A stretch of 64,000 bases of DNA from Oopsacas minuta (lineage: Eukaryota > Animalia > Porifera). Shown here piece after piece: positions 24,449-36,145 of this stretch. The position numbers were made by a program, and so were the translations under genes. The notes below the pieces were generated by a model. That model was not told where the DNA came from and did not search any database. It worked only from the letters and a program-made list of their open reading frames with translations. Positions within the stretch are counted from its first letter, which is position 1. Each line of letters opens with the position of its first letter. The stretch spans positions 1-64,000 of the forward strand of contig JAKMXF010000012.1 in the NCBI GenBank assembly GCA_024704765.1. The letters are read 5' to 3'.

Positions 24449-27400
24449 ATGTCGAAGGAGCAAATCGAAATAGATATACACGAGGTAGGTACATTTATTG
24501 ACGCATTCTGCCCCCTCTCCCTTTGGATTTGATCTCTAAACACACCCCGGAGGTGAGGTTATTAAGAGGTGTCAAATCCTGACTGGGGGGGTGTGAGAAT
24601 CTGTATAATTATTGTTGTTATTTAGTGTCCCTTGTGTATGGAACCGTTTGAATTGGATGATCTCAATTTCTATCCATGTGCCTGTGAATACCAAATATGT
24701 CGATTCTGTTGGCACAGAATAAAAACAGATGAAAGTGGATTATGTCCCGCTTGTAGACAGGTTAGTTGTGTCACTATTTTCACACTTGCGACACATTTTT
24801 GACACGTTATTCCAATAAGGAACTATGGATGAATATTCTTATTTGGTAACTATGGAATGATGATTGGAATTTGTTATTTCCAATGTTTCTTGTTATTATA
24901 TTTATCAAAGGTGTTTGTTGTTATTGTTATTTAGCCATATACAGAGAATCCAGCAGAATACACACCTCTTACACAAGAACAGTATGTTTACTGCTAATGT
25001 ATTATTGTTTATTTATTTGTTTATTTGTTTGTTTTTGATTGAATTTATTGACGAACTTGAAAGAACTAATAACTCGTAATTTATTATCTTTGTGGAACTA
25101 TCAGAATTGACGATTTATCCCTTTTATGTATACTCTTAGTCTATATACATATTATCACACCTTTCTGAGTTGTAAATTTATTGATTTATCTGGGAAAGAA
25201 TTCCCGATTGTTGTTATTATTTGTTTGTTTGTAGAATAACAAAATTGAAACAAAAGAAGAAAACAAAAAGTCACGAAAAGAAACAAAAACAAATTGAAAA
25301 TCGAAAAAATTTATCAGAAGTTAGGTAAACAAATTTGTAAACAAATTTGTGTTTATTATTCCTCTGAATAGAGTCTCATCGGGACAAGGACATTTTGACC
25401 CGATTAACCGTATTTATTTATTTGTTTGTTTGTCGTTTAGAGTTGTACAAAAGAATTTAGTATTTGTAGTCGGATTATCGAAGAGATTAGCAGAAGCAGA
25501 GGTGAGAAAATTAATCATATTATTCATACAAACAATACTATTATTGGAATACAGTTGTGTATACACACACACATTATATTTCCTCTCCTGAGGGTACATG
25601 GTAACATGTACCCTTTGGTGTGATCACTGACGACAGCAACACGGGTCCACAGGATCTCAGATTGGTCCACAAAATGTGTATATTTTCACACTTTTTGTTA
25701 CTTTTCTAGGTTTTAAAAAGACCAGAATATTTTGGTAAATTTGGTAAAATACAGAAAATTGTTATAAACACAAACACAGTATATCACGGACCTCAAGGTC
25801 CTAGTGTGAGTGCATATGTTACTTATCAGAAGACAGAGGTAAGATTTGTTAATATGTGAATTAGTCAAACCTGCTTAACAGATAGCAGCCACATTTTAAG
25901 CCCCTCCGTGGGGAGAAACCTCTCTAACGGACACTTTTGCCAATCCTTTTGACGGCTGTTATAAACAAGTTTGACTGTATTCATTATTTTAAAAGGGACC
26001 AAGGATATCCATTTATAATCGTTACATGTAGTCAACTCCAGTTATATAGAAATACTCGCTTGTATCGAAGTGTGAATTGTACATATGTGTTCCCAAACCG
26101 TCAAAGTACATATATTCCATTGCATCGGGTATATCTAAGTAATTATGACGGTTCCTTGAGCTTAGATATTACAGGAATTGACTGTGGAATTTATCACATA
26201 CAAATATTTAGGATGCTTCTAAAGCAATACAATCAGTTAACAATGCTAAAGTAGATGGCAGAATTCTCAAGTAAGTTATAATTAGGTTATTAATATAGGT
26301 AACACCATTCTGTGGTGACAGTTGTCACCAAAGGATGTACCTTCCTGGTTGATTGGGTCAGGATTCATTGTCCCGAAGTGTCCCTCATAGTCCAATCTTT
26401 TGGTTAGAGTGTCGATTATGCCAAAGAATGTAACTAGAGATAAGAGATAATATCCATGGTCCATTCAGTGATTATAGATTACTAATGTTTATCTGTGTTG
26501 TGTGCTATATCTTATTATTCATTTATTTGTTTTTTGTTTACTTATTTTAGAGTATCTTTTGGGACAACAAAATATTGTAGTAATTTCTTGAAAGGTGCTT
26601 CTTGTCCAAAAACAGTGAGTTGTTGTTGTTGTTGTTGTTGTTGTTGTTGCATGTGTATTTATGTTTTAAGCTGTTTAGAATATATCCAATTTTAATCTCA
26701 CTTATAAACACACAATAAATATATGAACAAACAAACAAACAAATTAGAAAGTTTGTAACACCTGTTCAGGATTTTCTGATACAACATAGATAATTCCCTT
26801 CAAAGAAATACAAACACCTTTTGGCTTTATAAATTCACCTTTCAACAAACCATGACTCCCAAAGGTGTGAACAATCTCGCCATCTTGTGTGAATATTTTA
26901 ACATTATCATGTTTTCTATTGCTAATAATAATATTCCCGGTATGATCCAAACAGAAGAAATCCGCGTTAAATATCATACATTCCTTTTCATCACCTTGGG
27001 AAATAATCGATTTGGTAAATTTCCCTTCTCTCGACATAAAATGTATACAATTTGAACTATGATCCAGAACTAACACTTCATCTGTCGTGAATTTTATATC
27101 TTTTGGCAGTTTCAATTTGTCTTTCCCTAAACATATTTTGAATTTTAACTCTTCTGTGAATACTGTTATTCTATTGTTTAAAATATCGGCGACATATATG
27201 TCTCCATTTGTGTCAATTGCTAGTCCTCCTGGCCACTTAATTCTACCCTCCTCAATGCCAAAACCTCCGACTCTACCTACCATCTCATGTTTGTATTTAC
27301 AAAACTTGATAACAAAACAATGCCAAATATCGGTAACATACACAAACTCATCCGTTACAGCTATACCCCAGGGTCTTACCAACACCCCAACACCAATTTC

Positions 27401-28409
27401 TGTCACAAATTGACCCTTCAGTGTCAGGACTTGTACCCTTCTGTTCCTGTGGTCACAGACATAAATATTTATCTTCTTTTCATCCAAAGCAATCCCTAAA
27501 GCTGTTTCAAATTGTCCCTGTTTCACACCTCTTGGACATACAGTTAAAATTGGCGCCTTTTTAGATACATAATCTATTTCTTTGGCGCCTAAATCCAGAC
27601 GCGCCATTGTATCTTCAACTTTGTATAATTTCCTTCTGACCGCCATATTAATTAGAATTACACCAAGAAATACAATTGGTCAATTATATAGAGATTTTGT
27701 TGCTAATTTTAGATACGTTTCTATGGCAACGAGCGCCTACTTTAAAAATATGCATATTTTATTTCAATTAATTGTTTACGTCATATTTGTCAACAACAAC
27801 AAAAATTAATTTTGTTTATATTATAGGATTGTATGTATTTACATGAATTGGGTGAAGATGAAGCTAGTTTCACAAAAGAAGATATGGCACAGGGGTAAGC
27901 CACTTATACCGACACGATTAATCATATTTTCACACCTTTTATTTACTTATTTGTTTAGTAAACATCAGTTATACGAAACAGCAACTTTATCACAAGCAGT
28001 TGTTATTAGGGAAGTTGTTTACAAGGAACCTCCTGTCAGAAGGTTGTTTGTTTATTTGTTTGTTTATTTGTTTATTTGTTTATTTATATATTTGTATTCT
28101 TTAGAACAACACCTACACAACCTCCCAAACTCAAAGAACCACCAAAAGTACTAACTGCACACATACTGACATAATTAGATTATCATTTGTTTACTTGTTT
28201 AGATTACTACACCACCAATATCACAATCAGCTCTACCACCATCTGCCTCTTGGTGAGTATCCTTTGTTCTGTCCTATTGGCCAATAAACTATATTTGTGT
28301 ATTTACACGTATTTATCATATGATTAATCATATTATCACACCTTTTGGAACTATTTCTAAATTCTCCTAGAGATTTGCTTCAGGGGTAAACAGGGACGTA
28401 TAATTCGAA

Positions 28410-28440
<31 letters not shown>

Positions 28441-31400
28441 TTTATTTACTATATCATCAGGGCTTCAAAGACTACACCATCTAAAGACACAAATTCCCCG
28501 CCTAAATTATCCACATACCTTCCTCCCTCTACCCAGCAACCAAAAGGTCCTCTTGTACTTCTCGCTATAGATAACGAATCATCAAATGATACTAAAAATA
28601 GGTAAATATTATTAATACGAATTAACTCCCTCATGAGGCTAATTCTTAATATTATCTTGGTTCCAGGGGTGCTACTGAAGTTCCTGTAGGGACCTGGAAT
28701 AATTTTAGGGCGGTCTCTTGACTTATTGGAACTAATTTGGTTCCAGTTTGCAGACACCTTGGAGAACACCCTTGTGGGTAGCAATACATGTTCTTATAGC
28801 CGGTATAAATATACAGGAATATGAGAACCGGTATCCAGAGGATGGTGCTTATATCTGGTATACACTGTGCTACATACTCCATATAAGGAGTACACACTGT
28901 TGTACCCATTTAACAAGACAGGTGACGAATATGCGACCTCATAATTTGATATATCATCAACGGTCAGTTGGTGGTACATGTATTATAATCATCAGTCATA
29001 ACCACATAGTGTAATAACACTATAGCTACTGATTGAATGTAATGTACGATATGGGTTGTTTAGAAATACAAATAAACCGCGCTGGGGGTGATTATTCATA
29101 TTTTAACACCCTTGGACGAGGGACATGTGTATAATCACATGCTACACGCCATGAATATATTCACCAACTCCCATAGCGTGCTTCTATGACGTGTTATGTC
29201 CCAGTTTCCATGGTTACCTCGTTGGTATTAGGCAATCATTGGAGAGGCTACATTTCATGATATATTATTCCTCATTTTTGTTTTTATTATTATTATTATT
29301 ATTTCTAGACAATTGACACCTGACAGAGCCAGACTATCGAACTCAAGTCCTCTGAGAGACGAATCACCCAATCATCAGTCGCCTAACAGTTCTTATTCTG
29401 AACCTCAGGGTGTAAGTCCAACGAGGAGAAATGGAGAGGGAGATCTTGGTAAATATATTATTGTTGATTTTGTTATAATGTAACAGCCACAAACGGGGTA
29501 ACACTTTTTGTTGTTATTTGTTTATTCTGTTTAGACACTTTATCACCTATTACACCAACACATGAGTCAATAACTCCCTCACCTGATAGCACTCCTTTAT
29601 CACAACAATCTAATCAATCGTCTGAAGTAAACAACAACAAAACAAACACAAATAATGACATCAACGATATGTTTACAGAGGCTAGTAGCCTAGCAACGAT
29701 TCAAGCTGAAAGGAATGTGTATCCTATTCGTTCATTTTCAACATTTGGTTCGTCTCCTGCTCTAGAATTAGGAATGTAAGTAAACAAATATTTATTTATT
29801 GTTGATTATTTGTTTACTTATTTATTTTGTTTGTAGATTGGGTTCAGCTTGGGGCAATTCAGATCCAAATGATAAATCGTTTACTACCTCACAAACACCT
29901 CTCACTGCTGGTTTGTTTGTTTGTTTGTTTGTTTGTTTGTTGCTTCTCTTGGTTGGTGATTGGTTTGTATACTTGTGTATTAGTTTGTTTACTTGTTTAC
30001 TTTCCTATTTAGACATAAAATGGGAGTACCTACACAGTGATGTCCCCCTTGCCTCAGATTCACAGATACCTCTGCACAGATCCAACCAATCAAATTTAAG
30101 TACACATGACCCTACATTAGGATTAGACCTGTCAACTGGCCAATCAACTGTCAGTGTAGAAGATGAATCAATAAAAGGTGTGAAAATATGATCAATCATG
30201 AGCTTTAGAGAATATTTATGTAATAATTATAGGCATAACATCAACAGCTGTAGATCACAATACATCTAGTATGCTAATGTCAAGGAGAGCTAGTCTTGGT
30301 AACATACAAGTAGACACAAGTATTGTATCATATCGACAGGAACCAATTACACATTCATTACAGAGTAAGTAACAAATTGTACTAAGGAGTGGTCCACAAC
30401 CTGGGACACATGGTCCCCTTGGTGGGCCACAGAGGAGAGCAGGATCCACAAAAATCTGTTAAAATTGGTATAGGACAGCTGTTCCCAACCATTACATCCA
30501 TAAACCCTCTATATCTATTTTAACACATTCTGTGAACACTTGCTGTCGTCTGTGAGGGTCAATGAAGCACAGTTTGACAATATTCTTACATATAACCCCA
30601 TCTACTCATTGCTTGCCACCTGCCTGATCCTAACAACCACATACCGACATAGTTATTTATATATTAATGTCTCTTAGATTTAGGAATATCAGACACTCCC
30701 AATAGAATACGATCCGCTACTAATGTGTCTCCAGATATACATATATTCCAAGAACACCCTCACCCTAACAACCTCAATAATGCTCTGGTATGTATCTTAT
30801 TATTACGCGCAAAAAGTCCAGAAAATAGACCAATGGAATGGATAACCATATTGGCACACTAGTAAGAAGTGTGTTTGTATGTTTATTGGTGTTTGTTCTA
30901 GGACAGGAGAACATCTGTTGACAGTTCCGTCAAGCCCAATCGGGCACAATTTGATACAATGGGTGAGTAGTAAATAACATTCTTAATTCGTTGTTTATGA
31001 GGTGACAATTCTCTTCAAAACAACAACAAATTGATGTCATACGTGCAAACATTTCTGGGGAGAAATTGGATATTTTTGGTATCTCCACACCAAGGTGTTA
31101 GTAGATATGATAATATATTCTATTTTTAGACATGTATCGTCCAATGTATGCATTAACTCATCCAAGTCACAATATGAACTCACAACCATATATCAATCCT
31201 TCTAACCACCAACAGATAGTCACACCTAATTCCAACCAATTCCCGTCTCCTAGCAACGGAAGACATGGAATGGAATTACATAATAGGAACTATGATATGT
31301 TGGTATGTAAATAGTTGTTTTTGTTCTTGTTATTATTTATCATATGTGAATTTAGACTAATTCAAACTTCACACCTTTAATACAGCCACATGTACATATG

Positions 31401-32315
31401 AATGACTGGTATAAACTTCCACATGACACCTGGCAGAATAGTGGCATGCCTCAATCAAGCGCCACACAACACAACAGGGGAGACAGAGAAGAAATTTTCA
31501 AAGCTCCTGGTATCGAGAAGCAGGGACTGTTAGGGGGAGGGACCCATTGGAGTAGTGTCCCATCTTTATCAGGTTTAGGATATTGTTGTGAATATAATGG
31601 TCCCGATTATTAATTATTAACCATGGATGATGTTGTTCTTGTTATTTCAATCGACCCCTTATTCCCTTAAATATATTCTGTGTTTATTATTGTTTACTTG
31701 TTTAGAACCAGAACTAACACCTCCGCCTGGATTTGGAAACACAACAAGTAAACAAACAAACAAACAAATGTCTATTTTGTATATTTATTTGTTATTTGTT
31801 ATTTAGACCAATTATACTCAAACAGACCTATGGCTCAATTTCCCATAGAAACACCTAAACAACAAATCAGTCCATTTCCACATTCCTCTCCTGACCAATT
31901 GTATCCAAGACCAAACAGTTATCCAACTTCAACACCTATGGATCAGCCATACCCTTACTCACATTCCAACCCCTACAACATGTTGCCAAGAGAACAGTCT
32001 TATCCTATCGGTCAATTCATGGATTGTGAACAGCCTTTAATTTATCAACCCACTACGAACAATTCAGATATTATCGACCCTTATGAACAGACCCCAGCTA
32101 CAGATTTTGACCTTATTTACTCAAATCAAGTAAAAAACAAACCAATATTCCAACAAAAAATACCAAATTCCTCAATTGGTTGCCACCCTCGGGGTCAGTT
32201 TATCCGAAAACAAATAAATTCAATTCACAACGATCCGAATGTGAGCACTGAAAAACAGTTCTCAGATTTGAATGATATTTCACATCAAAACACAAGATAT
32301 TTGTCAGATTATTAA
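24449..32315 (+). CDS. CNOT4: CCR4-NOT subunit 4 (RING E3, RRM, CCCH zinc finger), multi-exon
   Basis: CPLCMEPFELDDLNFYPCACEYQICRFCWHRIKTDESGLCPACRQ; VVQKNLVFVVGLS; LKRPEYFGKFGKI; SFGTTKYCSNFL...DCMYLHELG; low-complexity P/Q/S-rich 3' exons, last ORF ends 32315 (3' exon structure less certain). Confidence 0.92.
26744..27646 (-). CDS. divergent NHL-repeat beta-propeller protein, intronless, nested antisense in CNOT4 intron (26615-27826)
   Basis: 300-aa ORF with NHL repeats (LVRPWGIAV, IKWPGGLAIDTNGDIYVADILNNRITVF, GEFIKPKGVCIS); lacks the long coiled coil and the conserved leader of the four close copies. Confidence 0.88.
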   Translation of the reverse strand: MAVRRKLYKVEDTMARLDLGAKEIDYVSKKAPILTVCPRGVKQGQFETALGIALDEKKINIYVCDHRNRRVQVLTLKGQFVTEIGVGVLVRPWGIAVTDEFVYVTDIWHCFVIKFCKYKHEMVGRVGGFGIEEGRIKWPGGLAIDTNGDIYVADILNNRITVFTEELKFKICLGKDKLKLPKDIKFTTDEVLVLDHSSNCIHFMSREGKFTKSIISQGDEKECMIFNADFFCLDHTGNIIISNRKHDNVKIFTQDGEIVHTFGSHGLLKGEFIKPKGVCISLKGIIYVVSENPEQVLQTF

Positions 32316-33076
32316 TAATGGTGTTACTATGGAAACCAATGGAATGTGTGGAATGTGGATATAATAGTATCCTTGTTTCAGATTTTTATGTTTAACTACA
32401 ACTATAAATATATGCTGCATTTTAAATAATATTTTGTGAGCAAAAATATATCTAATCATTTATATCAAATATTTTCTTGGATTATAGAGTTTTCATAAAA
32501 TGGACCATGGATGTTTGTTAAAATCTACTGTTTTTTTGGTGTGGAAAATGGTTGGCATTTCGCGGAATATTTTCGTTGTTGGGTTCATTTCTGGTTGGGT
32601 CACTTTGGGCGGGAAATCTCAGACCAAGGGTTCATCCAGAGATTCCTGCGCCTAGACAAACCCCTTCTCTACCAAGTATCCATGGTTCAAATAGTTCATA
32701 TGACATGTAAATATTTATAATTATATTTCACATTACCATATATAGCATGTTCTATACATTCCTGTATCGGGATTGGTAGCTAAGGAAATTGAAGTTAATA
32801 ATAAGTTTGTATAGGTTAGTTTCTAATTATAGATTATATTACATTCCTTTCTACTAATCCGATACTATGTTTTTCTCTAGGTTAAATGTAACATTCCTCC
32901 GTAAGTCCTTAGTTACAATATTGGCAATTTGGTATTTACAAATTTTCTTTTCTTTTTCCGCAAAATCAAGTTTCCCCGCGTGAAATTCCATCATGTATGC
33001 ATACCAAAGCCCCCAGGCGTAACCATGGAAACCTCTAATGTATTTGTTTAACTTTTCTGTAAATAAAGGCTAGTTG

Positions 33077-35927
33077 ATGACGTCAATTAATGATCTGGAA
33101 GCTTCGCTCCTTGATACTAAAAATAGCCTGGAAGAAGTCAATACACAACTCAAGAGGATATTGGGATGGGAGGAGAAATCTAGGTATGATTGTTCTTAAT
33201 GTGATTATTCATATTTTCACACTATTAAATCATATTTTTAGGCAAATCTCCAACTTCAAGCCTGAATCTCCCCCGTTGCTAGGGAAGGATAGCAAGTATG
33301 TATATTTATTGTTTGTTGTTTACTTGTTTATGTTTATAATTATAGGAGAGATAGTACATCACATGTGTCTTGGGATAAGTACACAAATAAGCGTAGAGCT
33401 GATGATGTGTTTGTTAAGTAAGTTTGTTTACATTTTGTTTGTTTGTTTGTTTATTATAATTTCTGTAGAAATGAATTTCCAAGAGAGAAACGTATTAAAC
33501 ACTACAATACTCCAAAAAGCAAATCTATTACTATGCTGAATGACGTAAGAATATTTGTTTATTGTTTGTTGTTTATTGTTTATTACACACTTGCCAAGCC
33601 CTTGTAACTGTGTACTTGGATAATTTTCATAGATGCCAAACCGTGAGATATATTCTCAAAAGGTGTTAGGCCTCTGAAAGAGCGTGAGAATCACTGGTAA
33701 GGCGTGAGAATAGGCATCTCTGAAATTCAATTCCTACTTCCATAAATGGCAATTTCCACTGGAAAGAGAGAGTCAGATAAATTCTCTGAATTTCTTGTAA
33801 GATTCTTGGAGGGTGTTTGTTTATTGTTATGAGAATAGGGACAGGATTGGACCAGGGGTGTTCAAAGAGGAACATTTGCACTATGTTAATAGTCAGTGTT
33901 AATGGATACCTTTGCCAGCTGTTTTGAATTGTTCTAATCAATTGACCTGTTTCAGTATCCATAGTCCTTACTTGTTCTAATTTCTCAATGTTTATATTCC
34001 TATTTTGTAGTCGGACATATTCAGAGTTAGTGAGAAACCTCAAAAGATTAATAAAGATGATGACATTACTATTCAAAGGTGACAACTATTTTGTTTGTTT
34101 GTTTTATTTTATTGTTGTTATTTAGAAATCGTCGTATGTTTGGTAATATTATGACTACTCTGAAACAGTTCCAAATGACGGAAGTACAGAATTCTACTTC
34201 AAACAAAGTTTGTTGCTGTTTTGATTTGTGAAAACTTGTTTACAAAGTTGTCGCAAAATTTAACACCCTCTTATGTGGTTGTTAGTTATATACCATGGAT
34301 GATGGATTTAGTGTATAAACCCTTCCAATCAACCTGGGAGTACTCAATAATGACTTAGAACAATATCCAAGCAGATAACCTAATTTCACCATCACCCATG
34401 GTTAAATATCTAATAAACGTATAGAAAGCCATTTCTATACGCATATTTTGAATATTGGTACTCCTATTTATACTCCAGGAACAGAGACGCAGAGAGATAG
34501 CACAGAAGCTAGACAGAGAAGACCATGAGGATAAACAGGCAGCAGCCAATGAGAAGAAAGAGTTAATAAAGAATAAACAAAAAATAAAGAATCAGATTAT
34601 GTGTTTTGAAGAGAAAATAGAAATTGAAAAAATGGTATTTATTGTTGTTATTTACTAGTAAACAAACAAATATACTCACAAACATATCAATATCTATATA
34701 TCCATATTTTTTCAGCTCCATCTCCCAAAATTTCGTTTGTATTTCTCTTCAAAGGAAATCTTCCAGAAATAACACTAACACCTTCTCTTAGTTCCGAATT
34801 AAGTTTCAGTTCCAATTCAGGAATCATCTCTGCCACACCAAACACTATTATTACGTCATACCTACTTAGTTTAACATCCCATAAATTCTTTCTTCTGAAC
34901 TGTGCCACTTTTTTAACACCTCCATAATACGCGCCAAACTTCGACCATATAACAAGCCAGGGGTTCAATTCATAGCCGTAACCATGGATACCACATTTAG
35001 CTAGTTCCAGAATGATTCTACCATCACCTGAACCTAAATCACATACTTTTATACCATCTGCATTACTATGCTGGCTATTGATTTGTTTACATATTTTGAG
35101 GAGGTTGTTTACTTGTTTGTTTGTTGCTGGTATGTATGGAATGCAGTATTTACGAGTAGCTGGTGATATGAAAGGTAAACAAATTGCTGTTAATGTCCCG
35201 AAGAATACTCCGAATATCCCTAGCAACCGATAGCTAGGAGTGGAATGTGTATCATCCATTTTGGATAATTTTTATTTAATTAACACATTATTCTGGTTTT
35301 ATACTGTGATATGGGTTGTTTTTAATATGATTAAAAGGTGTGAACATATCTACACTAAACTCCTGTTATATCTAAGCTCAAGTGTCGTGATAATTCCTCC
35401 GATATAACCAATGGAATTATGCTACTTTAACGGTTTTGGACCATATTTGTACCATTTCACACTTCGATATATCCGTGTTTGATATAATGGTAGTTGGCTG
35501 TACAGTGGGTCCTCTCTAATTGTCCACCAGTGGGCAGCAGAGTCCGTAGCGGAGGGTTAGAGAGGGCTAATTATATATATTTATTACACTTTTTGTCTTT
35601 AGAACATAAAATGGGATGAACACACAAACAAACTTTCAAACTTCATAAAGACAAAATCCAGACCGCATATTTTCTATCTTCCAAAGAAACACAACAACAC
35701 AACACAACACCTCTTAGATTCAACCAAACTGCAACTAACAGGTAAATAATAAGCCGCATAGACCTGTGGTACCAATCTGCACCCCATGGGCCACCTAGAA
35801 TTAATTCACACCTTTTTTTATAGCTCAAATTCAGTCTCGTAGAAAGAAGTTTGATGAAATTATTGACACCAAATATAGAATAAAACCCAGGAAAGAGTTT
35901 CATAAATATGCTAGATACGAATCATAG
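33077..35927 (+). CDS. PNN: pinin (short form lacking a long RS tail), multi-exon
   Basis: MTSINDLEASLLDTKNSLEEVNTQLKRILG; QRNRRMFGNIMTTLKQFQ; RRREIAQKL; KWDEHTNKLSNFIKTKSRPHIFYLP match the pinin N-terminal and pinin/SDK/memA domains; stop TAG 35925-35927. Confidence 0.85.
34687..35259 (-). CDS. ATPSCKMT: FAM173-family mitochondrial lysine methyltransferase, intronless, nested antisense in pinin intron (34635-35602)
   Basis: PFISPATRKYCIPYIPAT, DLGSGDGRIIL, GYELNPWLV, VIIVFGV, ISGRFP typical of FAM173B/FAM173A; paralog assignment between the two not certain. Confidence 0.85.
   Translation of the reverse strand: MDDTHSTPSYRLLGIFGVFFGTLTAICLPFISPATRKYCIPYIPATNKQVNNLLKICKQINSQHSNADGIKVCDLGSGDGRIILELAKCGIHGYGYELNPWLVIWSKFGAYYGGVKKVAQFRRKNLWDVKLSRYDVIIVFGVAEMIPELELKLNSELREGVSVISGRFPLKRNTNEILGDGAEKIWIYRY
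35353..35500. mobile_element. pogo/Tigger-like (Tc1/mariner) MITE family B, ~150-165 bp; other copies ~19185-19410, 24250-24400, 26029-26183, 41560-41703, 46480-46596, 52690-52839, 55584-55751, 59170-59302, 59856-60017
   Basis: TIR consensus CAGTCAACTCCTGTTATATC, TA flanks in this copy, shared core CTCAAGGGACCGTGATAATT...TTTGACGGTTTGGGACCATATTTGTACAATTCACACTTCGATATAAGCGGGTATT. Confidence 0.85.
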
Positions 35928-36145
35928 AAAATTAGCGCTCTTTATAAGGTAAGTTGTTTGTTTGTTTGTTTGTTTGTTGTTTTACAGCTTTATGTATTAT
36001 TGTTGTGTTAATCATATATCAATATTAAATCACAATATTTTGTAATTTCTTATAATAACCATCTCTTACAAAGTCGCATTTATCTTTTCTTCCAAAAAAG
36101 TCATAAATTAGCAGAAAAGACACTATTCTGCCATTCTAACCACAA

